DNA of 64,000 nt from a virus: positions 1-64,000 of IMG/VR virus record IMGVR_UViG_3300009702_000001. One strand, given 5' to 3'. This document shows, in pieces, positions 50,233 to 61,000 of the stretch. The first letter of the stretch is position 1. Every line of letters begins with the position of its first letter. The notes below the pieces were generated by a model. The model ran no database searches, had not been told where the DNA came from, and saw nothing but the letters and a program-made list of their open reading frames with translations. A program made the translations under genes and the position numbers.

Positions 50233-51342
50233 TCAACGCCTTATAGTGTAATTGACCCGTGTAAGAATGCGGCTTTTATGTAGGGGCTCCGGCGCCCGTA
50301 GTGACTCCCCGGCCGCGTCCGGGTCTGCCCGTCCCCAATCGTCAAGGTCCATACCCCTCGGGGGCTCGGCAATCAAAAGCCGATGGTTCCGCAACAATTC
50401 CTTTGCAGTTGGAACCAATGAACGCGCCTTACCTTTCATATCCGGAACAATCACAACGGTTTGAAAGGGACGCAATAACAGGGCTTGCGCTTTGTGAACA
50501 ATCGGACCGTCCGTTGCGAAAATATTACGGCTTTCAGGGACGTTGTAAGAATCCAACAAACGTTCCCCCGTTAGCGCGTCAAAGATTCCTTCAACCAAAT
50601 AACACAAGTCATATAATTTGTTAGCTTTTTCCAAACCCCAAAGCGTTGTTGCAATGGTTCCTTTTTTCCTAGCATAAAGCCCCTTCGGTTCCCGATTACC
50701 TATACTTCTAGCATAAAAATTCACAATGGACAATCCGGAGCGTATTGGGAACACAACGCGCCCCCGGTATCGGTCCCGGCCCATACGGACCCCCCGCGCC
50801 GCTATTTGCTCGGGCAAGACCCCCCGGCCGGTCAAGTATCGGAAACCGGCCGTATCGGGTTTCAGGGGCTTCATACGGGCATATAAAGCGGCCGGGTCTT
50901 CTTCCCCCTTGTCCCGGACTCCGGACCCCCCGCGCCGCAATAGGCGCCGCTTGACGGTCAATTCAAGGGCCGCTTCTTCGGTTGCTTCAACCCCGGCAAA
51001 CTGTTCCAACCATCCCAGGGCTTCCCCGTAGCGTTGAAGCCCGAGCATATCCCGGGTCAAAGTGACAACGTTGCCCGAGCCCCCTTCCCCGGACTCCCGG
51101 CAAACAAAGCAAGAATGAAGCCCCCAACGCCCCCCGTCCGGGTCCGTATTGATAGACCAATGACGTTTACTGTCATCATGGAACGGACAAGCGGCCCATA
51201 TTTCCGAACCTTGAACGGACAGGTTTTTGACCCCCAATTCCCCCAACAAATCTTCAACGTCCAAGACTTCCCGTAACGCTTCAATTCTAACTTCCGGGTC
51301 AAGCCCGAATAAAACGCGCCGCTTTTCCGCCTTGCTAGTCAT
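50233..51342 (-). CDS. DnaG-type primase (CHC2 zinc finger plus Toprim)
   Basis: CPFHDDSKRHWSINT...CFVCRESG and YLVEGIFDAL (Toprim Glu). ATG 51342 overlaps the dnaB stop by 8 nt. Confidence 0.8.
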   Translation of the reverse strand: MTSKAEKRRVLFGLDPEVRIEALREVLDVEDLLGELGVKNLSVQGSEIWAACPFHDDSKRHWSINTDPDGGRWGLHSCFVCRESGEGGSGNVVTLTRDMLGLQRYGEALGWLEQFAGVEATEEAALELTVKRRLLRRGGSGVRDKGEEDPAALYARMKPLKPDTAGFRYLTGRGVLPEQIAARGVRMGRDRYRGRVVFPIRSGLSIVNFYARSIGNREPKGLYARKKGTIATTLWGLEKANKLYDLCYLVEGIFDALTGERLLDSYNVPESRNIFATDGPIVHKAQALLLRPFQTVVIVPDMKGKARSLVPTAKELLRNHRLLIAEPPRGMDLDDWGRADPDAAGESLRAPEPLHKSRILTRVNYTIRR

Positions 51343-52675
51343 AGTCTTCAACGCCCGTCCAATTCCGCAATTCTTCCCCAACGCGCCCAATATGACCTTC
51401 AAACTTGAAGTAATGCCAATTCAAACGCCCCCCGCGTCTTTGCTTCATAATCCCTACTTCTAAAACATCTTCAGGCATTTCGGGATTGTAATAACATTCC
51501 CTGTATAAACCAACGCACAAATCCGCAACTTCTTCATATGCTCCCGAGTTTTTCAAATCTTCCAACGTTGGTCTTTTGTCCTGCCGCTTTTCAACCCCCC
51601 GCTTGGTTTGATGTATCAACATTGCATGGGTATCACAATCCTTGGCAAGTTGTTGGGTCTTGTCCAAGTATGCCGCAATAACCTTTTGTTCCTTTTCGGG
51701 GCATAGCTTTTCCCAAAGGTCAAAGATGCAAACCGCGTAACCCCCTTCATTGATTATCCGGGGCAGTTGTTCAAATGTGAATCCCTCGGTATAGAAGCAA
51801 AGCCTTTCATTTTCGGTAATGGCAAAAGCCGCGTCATTGACTTGTTCCAATTCATCCCGGGTCATTTCATGGGGGGACTTGATAAGCCGGTCAAGATGAA
51901 TTCCTGTCCGAAGGGAAACCATCCCATCCATTGTTGATACTTCCCCCATTTCAATCGGCAGATACAAAACCGGGATTCCGTATCGGTTGGCAACCCTGTC
52001 CGCTATGTTCCAAGCAAAGGTTGACTTCCCGATTGAAGGTCTTGCCGTCCAAACGGATAACTTCTTCCGGGCAAGCCCTTCCGTCAAGGATTCGTCAAGC
52101 CAATTGTACCCCGTAGGAACAAAGTTGCTTGCCTTCCTTCGGGCTTTCAAGTCTGCTAGGTAATGCCTATAAAGTTGGTATCCACTTTTGACACCCCCCC
52201 GAACCTTCCGGGCAACTTCCCGTTGAACGGCTTGGGCAACTTCCGAAATTTGGTCAAGGCTTGCGCTCGGGTCTTCACTCAAATCAACCAAGTCTTGAAG
52301 CGGCCCAACCCGAAGGGCAAACTTGACCGAATCCTGCCGGAGCCGTTCAAGGTGAAATTCAAGATTCTTCGGGGGCTCGGCATAGGCTTCCAACAACTCG
52401 GAAACATAACGCCTTCCCCCGTATTCCTTGCGCCGGCCCAACTGTTCCAAGACTTCAAGGTCAAAGTTCAACCGTTGGAATGCCATATCCCGAAGGATGC
52501 CGAACAAAGTTTGATGCCGTTTACCTATGAAAATATCAGGGTCCAACGCGGAAGCAAGGTCCCGCATGATAACCCGGTCATTCATCATTGACGCAATTAT
52601 CAATTGTTCATTTGCAACGTTGACCGGGACTTCAACGGTTGCCCGTCCGACCGGCTTTGAATCCTGTTTAGTCAT
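51335..52675 (-). CDS. dnaB: replicative DNA helicase DnaB
   Basis: N-terminal NEQLIIASMMND, Walker A ARPSIGKSTFAWNIA and LIHQTKRG. Start moved to ATG 52675. Confidence 0.9.
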   Translation of the reverse strand: MTKQDSKPVGRATVEVPVNVANEQLIIASMMNDRVIMRDLASALDPDIFIGKRHQTLFGILRDMAFQRLNFDLEVLEQLGRRKEYGGRRYVSELLEAYAEPPKNLEFHLERLRQDSVKFALRVGPLQDLVDLSEDPSASLDQISEVAQAVQREVARKVRGGVKSGYQLYRHYLADLKARRKASNFVPTGYNWLDESLTEGLARKKLSVWTARPSIGKSTFAWNIADRVANRYGIPVLYLPIEMGEVSTMDGMVSLRTGIHLDRLIKSPHEMTRDELEQVNDAAFAITENERLCFYTEGFTFEQLPRIINEGGYAVCIFDLWEKLCPEKEQKVIAAYLDKTQQLAKDCDTHAMLIHQTKRGVEKRQDKRPTLEDLKNSGAYEEVADLCVGLYRECYYNPEMPEDVLEVGIMKQRRGGRLNWHYFKFEGHIGRVGEELRNWTGVEDYD

Positions 52676-53915
52676 CGTAAGAATACCCCCAGGGATGCCA
52701 TTTCCCTTTTTGCTTCTTCTTCCCCTTTGCCGGCTTGACATTCCGAACCTTGAATTTGTCAAGGAAAAAATTGCCGGTTACTCGGAAGATTTGGTTTGCT
52801 GAAATTGGGGTATCCATCCAACCCGCGTTTTCCGGAAGAAAAGTCCCGAACAACCAATCAATATATTCTTTTAACTGAATCCCGTTGCCCTTAAACGTCC
52901 GGCCCGAGTCCCGGAAGCGTTCCATTTGAAACCCCGTTGTCCAATAGATATCAAGCCCCCCCTTAGTCCGCTCCCGGGACTTTGCAATTGTTCTGTGTAA
53001 AGTTTGGTCAACAAAGTTGGGGTCTTCTTCGTCATAAAATTCCCGCCAATTGTGCAACCAATAACCAACCCAATCAAGCGGTCCCCAACGGTTCGGCTTT
53101 GGTTTCTGTTTCCAATCCATGACACCCGGATTTTCACTAGGATTTTTCAGGTAAGTCTTGTATCTGCCCCCGTGCCCATACCGGCGTTTTGTTTCGGCCG
53201 TCAAATCATCGGACAGGGAAGCCCGGGGACTCGGTTTCGCTTCTAGTTTTTTTCCGTTGCCGTCCGTTGCCAGTTTTACTTTCAGTTTTTTTCGGCGCCG
53301 CTTGGCAACCCGAGGGGTCGGAAGGGCTTGGGGCTCGGCAGTCCCGGCCGCAATTGTAAGACTTTCGGCCGGTAAGATTCCCCCGTTTCCCGGCAAGCCT
53401 TCCAAATCGCTTTGTTTTCCATTGCAACCGGACCCCTTCAACTTTTTGACTTTCGATTTATGAACGGTCTTATTATCCCGGCTTTCAATTGATTGATTGT
53501 CACCGGATGAAGTATTATAAATCCCTTCGGGATTTATTAGTCTACTCTGATTCTCTTTACTATCTTCCTTCCCTTCCTTTTCATCCTTGCCCTTGCCATG
53601 GGGTATGGGTAGGACGGGGAACCAACGGGAAGGTTCACCCGGAAGCCCCGAGGGTTCTTCCCTGGCAAGGTCCCGCGCCGCAAGGCGTTCAAGCGTATTT
53701 TCGCAACTAATAACCCCAAGCCCGGTCAACTCCCGTAATTCAACAAGGTTCAAACCCATTGGGCCGGACGCAACCAACCAAGTTGGGACTGCTAGAAACT
53801 TGGGCCGGATATGCTCGGCACAAGACAAAACAAAGCGGATTTCCCGGGGAAGGTCCGGGTTCTCCCGGATGCTATCCCTTTGGACGTATTTTTTTCCGCT
53901 TGCGCGTCTTGGCAT
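52668..53915 (-). CDS. hypothetical protein upstream of dnaB (possible replication-associated wHTH protein; start uncertain)
   Basis: The ORF-track N-terminus overlaps the helicase gene. ATG 53915 (MPRRASGKK...) was chosen. LVELRELTGLGVISCENTLERLAARDL is wHTH-like. Confidence 0.45.
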   Translation of the reverse strand: MPRRASGKKYVQRDSIRENPDLPREIRFVLSCAEHIRPKFLAVPTWLVASGPMGLNLVELRELTGLGVISCENTLERLAARDLAREEPSGLPGEPSRWFPVLPIPHGKGKDEKEGKEDSKENQSRLINPEGIYNTSSGDNQSIESRDNKTVHKSKVKKLKGSGCNGKQSDLEGLPGNGGILPAESLTIAAGTAEPQALPTPRVAKRRRKKLKVKLATDGNGKKLEAKPSPRASLSDDLTAETKRRYGHGGRYKTYLKNPSENPGVMDWKQKPKPNRWGPLDWVGYWLHNWREFYDEEDPNFVDQTLHRTIAKSRERTKGGLDIYWTTGFQMERFRDSGRTFKGNGIQLKEYIDWLFGTFLPENAGWMDTPISANQIFRVTGNFFLDKFKVRNVKPAKGKKKQKGKWHPWGYSYDD

Positions 53916-55398
53916 GGATAACAACTTTGTTGAATCGCTTTGACAAGGAACGTTCATCCTTGGTAAATGCGTCAATGTTTGTGTCGTGAAAGTAGTATAA
54001 TCTTCCGATTTCCTTTCCGGTAAACAACCGCGCCAAACGTCCCGCTTGTTGTTCAAGTTGTCCGGGGTTCCCCGCGTTTCTATAGGTAATGAACCCGGCA
54101 TCAACGGCCGGCATGTTGATTCCCTCATCCAAGACCGTTCCAATTGCAATCCGGACCTTCCTTGCTTTCAATCTTTGAAGGTCCCTTTTGATTCGCTTTG
54201 CTTCCCCGGCTTTGCCTTTTGTTCCCCAGAAAACAACGCATTCCAAACCAATTTTTTTCAAGCGTTCCGCCCAAAGTTGGCAATGCTCCCGACGCTTTGC
54301 AAAAATAATACACGTTGAACCCTTGTTATATTCGCGCCGAACCCAACTATAAATCAGGTTGTTCCTGTCCGAGTCCCCCGCAATTGCATCAAGATACTCG
54401 GGGAAATCCTTGCGTTCCATTTCCAATTCATCGGCCGCTTCCCGCCTTTCCTTTGCTGTCAAATCATCATAGTCTGTAAAAGATGTTTCATAATAATCCC
54501 TTAAAGCCGCTTCATTCCTATAATCATAGTTGAAGTCCGTATGAACAACATGCAATTCAATTTCTGTTGTGTATCCAAGGTCAACCAATTCTTGCCGGCC
54601 AATACTGAAAACGATTTCCCCGAATAGGTCATGGGTCAAAAAGTGTTTCAGGTCTTGCCGCTTGATTGTTGCAGATACCCCAACGCGGAAACGTGCATCA
54701 AATGAATCAACGCATTCAAGGAAGGTCCGCGCCGCGTAATGATGGACTTCATCGGCCGCAAGGAAATCAAAATAATCCTTCAATTGGTCTATCTTGTTTC
54801 GGGCCGTTTGTTGCATCATAACAGTAATACGCGGACCCAACTTGAATTTGCCGAGTCCAACGCGCCCAATTTCCTTGGACGGAATATGAAGGCTTGATTG
54901 TATCCTTTCAACCCATTGGTTAAATAGGTTCCGGTCATGGACTAGAACCCCGGCGCGTCCCCCCGCCCGAGCAATAGCGCAACAAAGAATTTCAGTTTTG
55001 CCGGAAGCCGGAGCCCCTTGAATCAAGCAAGTTTCCGCTTGAAGGATTTTTGAAACGGCTTCTTCCTGATACGGCCGGAGCGAAAATCCCGGGTTAAAGT
55101 TGAAGTCAACCGGGTTCGCTTCAAGGCGCCGGTCAATAACTTTATATTCCGCGCCAAACTCCCCCAGGATATCAACCAACTTTTGCAACCCGCCCCTTGG
55201 GACAGTTAGGAACCGGCCGTTTTCTTCAACCCGGAAGGTCCCGATGACTCGGGGAATGTTCCCGGTATAGTACCCCATATTACGCTTCCGGAAATAATCC
55301 GGGTTGTTGTATCGGAAAGCCGCTTTTATCGGGGTCAACGCCCCTTTGGGTAACTTGGACTTAACAAGCCGAATCCGACTATCAACAATCAAACGCAT
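53872..55398 (-). CDS. superfamily 2 DNA helicase (DEAH-type)
   Basis: RPYQEEAV, GAPASGKTE, LAADEVHHY, VSAT and QQAGRLAR. Confidence 0.8.
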   Translation of the reverse strand: MRLIVDSRIRLVKSKLPKGALTPIKAAFRYNNPDYFRKRNMGYYTGNIPRVIGTFRVEENGRFLTVPRGGLQKLVDILGEFGAEYKVIDRRLEANPVDFNFNPGFSLRPYQEEAVSKILQAETCLIQGAPASGKTEILCCAIARAGGRAGVLVHDRNLFNQWVERIQSSLHIPSKEIGRVGLGKFKLGPRITVMMQQTARNKIDQLKDYFDFLAADEVHHYAARTFLECVDSFDARFRVGVSATIKRQDLKHFLTHDLFGEIVFSIGRQELVDLGYTTEIELHVVHTDFNYDYRNEAALRDYYETSFTDYDDLTAKERREAADELEMERKDFPEYLDAIAGDSDRNNLIYSWVRREYNKGSTCIIFAKRREHCQLWAERLKKIGLECVVFWGTKGKAGEAKRIKRDLQRLKARKVRIAIGTVLDEGINMPAVDAGFITYRNAGNPGQLEQQAGRLARLFTGKEIGRLYYFHDTNIDAFTKDERSLSKRFNKVVIHAKTRKRKKIRPKG

Positions 55399-55443
55399 TG
55401 CGGACGCACCTATCCGGTTGACTCCCCGAGTCCCGGCCCTTCC

Positions 55444-55896
55444 CTAGTCGGATTCAGGCTTTGGGTTTTTGTCCCCGTCCGGCTCCCCCCTGGGGGCTTC
55501 TTCGGCCGTTTCGGGCTCGGAAGGGGTAGGGGTCCCCGGTTCGGCTTCCGCGTCCCCAGGGGCTTCCTGGGGACTCCCCTCGGGGCTCGGGACGGGGGCA
55601 AGGTTCGCAACTGCCCCCGGGACTTCCGGAATGGGGGCTTGCCTCTGGGATTGCATATAGGCAAGGTAAGTCCGGGCCGTTGCCTGGAATGCCCCAACGT
55701 CTTGGGTCAAGGCGTCTTGGGCTTCCGCAAGGTCCGCTTTCAAGCGGTCAACCCTGCTTTGGGTTTGTTCGATACCCATTGACAAACGCCCGATTTCACT
55801 ACGGATATGGGAAGAAAAAGGGTCCAATTCTGCCGGCTTTGACTGCCCCAAGACAAGCAACGCGGCCCTTTCCTTTTCAGACAATTGCGGTTTCAT
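55444..55896 (-). CDS. coiled-coil protein with PEP-rich tail
   Basis: ATG 55896 follows GAGGAAAG. ORF-track start 55932 is TTG. Confidence 0.55.
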   Translation of the reverse strand: MKPQLSEKERAALLVLGQSKPAELDPFSSHIRSEIGRLSMGIEQTQSRVDRLKADLAEAQDALTQDVGAFQATARTYLAYMQSQRQAPIPEVPGAVANLAPVPSPEGSPQEAPGDAEAEPGTPTPSEPETAEEAPRGEPDGDKNPKPESD

Positions 55897-55962
55897 TTGT
55901 TCACTTTCCTCGGTTGTTGACGGATAGCCCAACGTTATCCGGCAGGGTTCCCCCCGGTAACA

Positions 55963-56454
55963 CTATTTGGAAACGCTTTGCCAAGCGTAAACGGAAAGCC
56001 CCGTAATCAAAGCACAAATCAGAAAACCCATAGAAAACGTGAATATGGGTTGCCGACACCAAGGGGTTTTATTTGCCCGGTTTAATTGCCCGAGTAGGAA
56101 GGTCCGTTGTTGTTCCTTTGCTTGGGTTTCTAATTGTAATTTTGCCCGAGCCGTTTGAAGGTCAATCTTATAGGTCCGGGTTTCTTGTTGGCATTGAAGT
56201 TGCATCTTGCGCTTCAAGAAATCCAATTCAACCGTAAGCCTTGCTTGAAACGCTTTGGTCCGAGCAACAAGCAAGGCATGGGCTTGGATATCATAAATTA
56301 CCCCGTCAAAAGGCGCCGCTTGCCCCTTGCGGATTTGCTGAATCTGTCCCGCGTTACTCGGGGCCGGGGCCGCTCGGGCTATCATCGGAGCCAATACCAA
56401 GCAAGCCGCGCATATAATCGACCCCGCTTGAAGGGTCTTGCTTTGCTTTTTCAT
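55963..56454 (-). CDS. exported coiled-coil protein with N-terminal signal and C-terminal TM
   Basis: MKKQSKTLQAGSIICAACLVLAPMIARA-AP..., with C-terminal PIFTFSMGFLICALITGLSVYAW. Confidence 0.55.
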   Translation of the reverse strand: MKKQSKTLQAGSIICAACLVLAPMIARAAPAPSNAGQIQQIRKGQAAPFDGVIYDIQAHALLVARTKAFQARLTVELDFLKRKMQLQCQQETRTYKIDLQTARAKLQLETQAKEQQRTFLLGQLNRANKTPWCRQPIFTFSMGFLICALITGLSVYAWQSVSK

Positions 56455-56737
56455 ACGCTTCTTTTTCCTTTCCCTTCAACGCTTCAAGTTGTTCCTTGTG
56501 CGTTGCTTCAAGCAACTTCATTTCAGTTACCACTTTTGCCGCTTCCGCATTCTTCCTGGCAACCGCTTCTTCAACGGCTTTCGCTTTCGCTTTTCGCAAT
56601 TCATCTTCCATATCCCGCAAGCGCAACTTTGCTTCCGCCAAATTCGCGGGTTGCTTCTTCCGGACAAGGAAGTAAATTAGGATGCCAACCATTGCGACAA
56701 ACATAAGAATCCATCCGAGCCAACTATACCACGGCAT
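56354..56737 (-). CDS. N-terminal TM plus coiled-coil protein (i-spanin-like topology)
   Basis: MPWYSWLGWILMFVAMVGILIYFLV followed by a coiled-coil. Its 3' end overlaps the next gene by 101 nt in another frame. Confidence 0.55.
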   Translation of the reverse strand: MPWYSWLGWILMFVAMVGILIYFLVRKKQPANLAEAKLRLRDMEDELRKAKAKAVEEAVARKNAEAAKVVTEMKLLEATHKEQLEALKGKEKEAYEKAKQDPSSGVDYMRGLLGIGSDDSPSGPGPE

Positions 56738-56782
56738 AGACTTATCCCCTTTTCGGTTGTTGGAAATTGTGAAAGGTAGGAA

Positions 56783-57340
56783 TCAAACCCTTTGCCCAAG
56801 CAACTCGGACAACAGGTTTTTCATTTGCGTCAAGACGTAAAGTTGCCGGTTCGGACTATCCGGAACAACCGCGTTGGGATTGTCGCAAGCATATTGACTT
56901 GCCAACGCAAGGAATGTTTCAATCTTCTTTCGGTATTTTTCCGGTAACCAAGTTGCTAGTTTGGTCAACAAGCAAACGCCTTTTTTGATTGGCGTGATAT
57001 AGTCAACGGGTTGACCGGCTTGTTTCTGTTCTTCCGCCTTGACTGCCGATGAAGCAAGGGAAAGGGCTTCTTCAAGTTGCGGTTTCAACTTGTCAACCGC
57101 TTCAACCATTTCTGCCGTCTTGGCGTAACACTTTTTGAAGGCTTCCGAAGTTTCCGGCCCGAGTTTCAAGCAAGCCGCTTTGTTTTCCCTTTCGATTTTC
57201 GCAACGATGACTTCAAGGGAATTGACCCCCGTTTGCAAAACCGAAATTGTAATCTTGGCAATTTCCGTTTTCGGAAGTCCGGGACAACCAAGGAACGAAA
57301 GGGCAACCGTCAAGGCAAGAATGGTTTGAAAACGCTTCAT
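56783..57340 (-). CDS. lipoprotein
   Basis: MKRFQTILALTVALSFLGC has a lipobox (FLGC). Confidence 0.6.
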   Translation of the reverse strand: MKRFQTILALTVALSFLGCPGLPKTEIAKITISVLQTGVNSLEVIVAKIERENKAACLKLGPETSEAFKKCYAKTAEMVEAVDKLKPQLEEALSLASSAVKAEEQKQAGQPVDYITPIKKGVCLLTKLATWLPEKYRKKIETFLALASQYACDNPNAVVPDSPNRQLYVLTQMKNLLSELLGQRV

Positions 57341-57981
57341 TTTTCTTCCCCGTTGCCGTTCTTCTTTTCGGATTGTTGCTTGCGTTCTTCAATGACGGCT
57401 TTGACCTTTGCTTCCTGTTCCGGGGACAACTCCCCGAACCGAGCAACAACGGCTTTCAAGGCTTGAGCCAATGCGTCATCCCAAAGGGCAGGGGTCTTTT
57501 CGGCATATGCTTCAAAACCGTTGGCAACCTTGTCCGCAATAACCAAGATTCCCTTTTCCTTCATCCATTTTGCCCAAGACTGTTTGAACCAACCGAGCCC
57601 CAATACAAACAACAGAACCGGCAACGCAACTTCAGAAATCCAGAATGAAGCGGTTTTCCATTTCGGGGCCGGGGTTGCCGTCTTGGGCTTGTCCGGGACA
57701 GGGACGGGCGCCATTGCGGCCGGGGTAGGTTTGGCCGTTGCCGGGGCTTCCGAGCCCATAGCGGCCGGCATGGGCGCCGGAGCCGGGGTCATAGCGGCCG
57801 GCATCGGAGCCGGAACGGGGCTCGGGGTCATTGTAGGGACAACGGCCGGCATAGGCGCCGGCATTGCGGCCGGAGCCGGAGTCATAGCAGGGGCCGGCAT
57901 TGGCGCCGGTTGCGCGTTTACCGGAACCGCGCCGAAGATGAACGCGGCAACCAAGATGAATCCGAAAATGTGTCTTTTCAT
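57337..57981 (-). CDS. membrane protein with signal peptide, Pro/Ala/Met-rich repeat region and one TM
   Basis: ATG 57981 follows AACGGAAGGAAGGGAAG. MKRHIFGFILVAAFIFGAVPVNA, PAPMPAPAM repeats and a later TM (VALPVLLFVLGLGWF). Confidence 0.55.
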   Translation of the reverse strand: MKRHIFGFILVAAFIFGAVPVNAQPAPMPAPAMTPAPAAMPAPMPAVVPTMTPSPVPAPMPAAMTPAPAPMPAAMGSEAPATAKPTPAAMAPVPVPDKPKTATPAPKWKTASFWISEVALPVLLFVLGLGWFKQSWAKWMKEKGILVIADKVANGFEAYAEKTPALWDDALAQALKAVVARFGELSPEQEAKVKAVIEERKQQSEKKNGNGEEK

Positions 57982-58007
57982 TTCTTCCCTTCCTTCCGTT
58001 TGTTGGC

Positions 58008-61000
58008 CTATCGGCCGTAAAGCAAGCAATTTCCAAGGGCAGTCACATCCATTACGCTTGAAGCCCAATATACCCTGTCCGTTCCGGTTGCGCCGGTTGG
58101 GGATGAAGATTCCAGTTTAACAAAATAGTCATAACTGCCATTGTAAATTGTATTGTCTACCGTGCAATTATAGAAAGGGGTTTGGGTTACACCATCGCCC
58201 CCGGACCAACGGACGGCCGGACCCCCAAGCAACGTTGCACTTGAACCGGACATATGGGATTGACGGTAAACGGCAAAGCCCATTGATGCGCTGCTATTTA
58301 ACCCAACCATCGGCTTCCCGCGTATAAAAACGCCTTCAAGCGTAACCCCGTCCGGAAGGTCAAGCGGGAATTGCCAATACTCCCGTTGTCCGGTTGTAAC
58401 GGTACACTCAATTCCGCGATTGTCGGAAGTGTTAATCTTCCAAGCGGAAGTGAAACTTGCATGGGTAAAAGAAGCATGACCGGCAACAAGGCTTTGGGCT
58501 CGGTTCGTTCCCGTAATCGGACCGGATTGGGGGTAAATAAAGTTTCCTGGGAATGCCCCTTCAACTTCAATCTTTCGCGTCCCGCCAATAACTGAAAGAA
58601 CGTCAATCTTGGCAAGGTCCCCCGTGTAAAGGGATGTATCAATTTGGTCCCATTGAACAAGGTTACCGAGGGTAAAGGGGGACTTGGTTGTCAATGCTCG
58701 GGCAAAGGTAACGCCCCCGTCCCGAATTGCAAACATGGGTTCGTCAACATTGGTAAACCATGCCGCAAAATTCCAATCTGTTGAACCTATTAAATCGTCC
58801 GTATGGTGGGCATATCTGATTCCCCCCATCCGTTTTTGTGGGGAAAGCAAATTGACAAGGAAAGCGTCCGAAGAACCAACGAAACTATCGTTATTGATTG
58901 CCCCTTGGAAAACCCCACCATAAAAACGGCATTTGCCAGTAATACCAGGGTTGAAAATCGGAACCGTTCCATCAACTTTTTCAAATCTGATTCGGTTGGT
59001 TGAAACCTTTTGCGTTGCGAAATAAACCCCCGAGTTGTATTCAAACGGAGCATCAACTTCAATTTCACAAAGAACGGTATTCGGATTTGACGAAACCTGA
59101 AAGGGCATATTGGTATTGTCAAAACCGACCCTTGTAAATTCTAGGGTATCCGCTCCCGTGTAATAAATGAAGTCTTCTTCGAACTCGAAATCACCGGACG
59201 AATCCCAAAGCGGAATTCTGTAAGTGAACCCAAGTTGGAAAGGCGGAATATCCGCGCCCGTTTTCCCCCAATGCGCTCCCCGATAATCAAAACCCCATTC
59301 TGTTCGGGTTTCTGCCGGGGTCCAATCGGAACCGAAGTTACCTGTTAGTTTGTCGGAAGTCCATTGGGCATGACCAATTGTATCAGTTTGCCCGGTTCTA
59401 GTATAAGAACCCTTGATACCGCCCCCCATCAACCGGAATCTTCCCGCGTAAAACTCCCCCCAGGAATTTTGATTCCCGGAATCATCCCGGTTTGTAAATT
59501 GAATATACTTTGTTCTTCCGGGGTCAACGATTTCACCATAAGCGTTAATGCTAAAACCATTGGCCCAAGCCGGGAATCCGAAGAAATGCGCCCCCAAATC
59601 CCCATAACTTCCGGACCCAATCCAATCGGGTTGGAATGACCCAACTAGGGGCGCCACAATTTGAATATTTCCCCCTGTTCCTGCCGGAAAAACAACAGGG
59701 GAAAAATCAGCATTCATAATATCAAACGTGTTTACTGTTACGCCGGAGCCCGAAGCATAATACCAACCGTCAAGGGCTCCCCCCGTTGTTCCGGTAATCT
59801 TGCAAAGAATCCCGTCCCCAGTGAACCAAGGGGTAAATTTGGTTAATAGGTCAACTCCGACCCTAGTCAATTGAACCGTTGCCGTTCCGGACAATCCGGT
59901 AAACGCTTCCGTTGCCTCAAGGTCCCCGCCCGTTCCATCTGTCAATGAAAGGTAATGACTCCAACCCCCGGAAAGTCCGGCCCCCCCGTGGTAACCGGAA
60001 AGCACGGTTGCCCCCTTGGAAAAGAACGCGCCCCCTTGACTCAATTGGTCAATACGGAAGGCTTCATTGATTGAATCTTCCGCGCCGGAAACGGTTGCGC
60101 TTTGCTTGAAGCGGACCGCTTCCTTGTCCGCAAAAATTGTCCGGCCCGGGGCAGGGTCATCCGGGCTATTCGCTCGGTATGCCCGGTCAAGGGAAATCAG
60201 GAACACGGGACGTTGACCGGAAATGTCAAAAACAGTTGGGGCCGTTCCCGCGCCGGCTCCGATTACCTTTCCGATAAAGGCATAGTTGTTGTCCGTTGAA
60301 ATGTCCGTATTCCGGAACCAAGAAACGCCCGGAATCAAAACCTGATAATCCAGGGCATCCAAGGAAATCGTAAACTCGGGCGCGGTTTGTCCAAGCGGAC
60401 CTTGACTCGGGGAGTATGGGATATCAACATAATTGATTCCGGCCGCATACCCTACGGTTCCCGTATAATAGGCAATGGAATCATCCGGGGAAACCGGGTT
60501 GTTCAACCAAACGATTGCCGGACCCCTGCTATGGTCAACCCCGTTTTCAAGGATGCCGTCAATTTCAAGACGGATATACGTTCCGTTATCCGTAACGTTG
60601 TCCGGCGTTCCCTTTTCCCCAATTGTGTCTTGGAACCAAGGGTATTCGGGTTCCGAAGAACGCGGGTTGCGTTCAACGTCATCCGGCTTTTCTTGATACC
60701 GAATCCCAACGTAATAATCAACGCCCAAAGCATTTTCAAAATACGCGGTAATCGGGGAACCGAAAAGGGAAGCGTAAACCCCAAGGTCAATGATATGCCC
60801 GAAACCATCCATGACCCTATCTTCAAGGGTCAAGTCAAGTCCGAAAACGTCTTGCCCTGGAAATGGTCCGGTCAACCCAATGGTTTCGTCCCCGAGGATT
60901 CCCGATTGCAGGAAAGCGGCCTGGGTTGTATCATTGATTTTGTCATCTAAAAAGCGGAAGAAGTGAAGGTCCCATGCCTCTTGTGGCATGTTCCGCTTGT

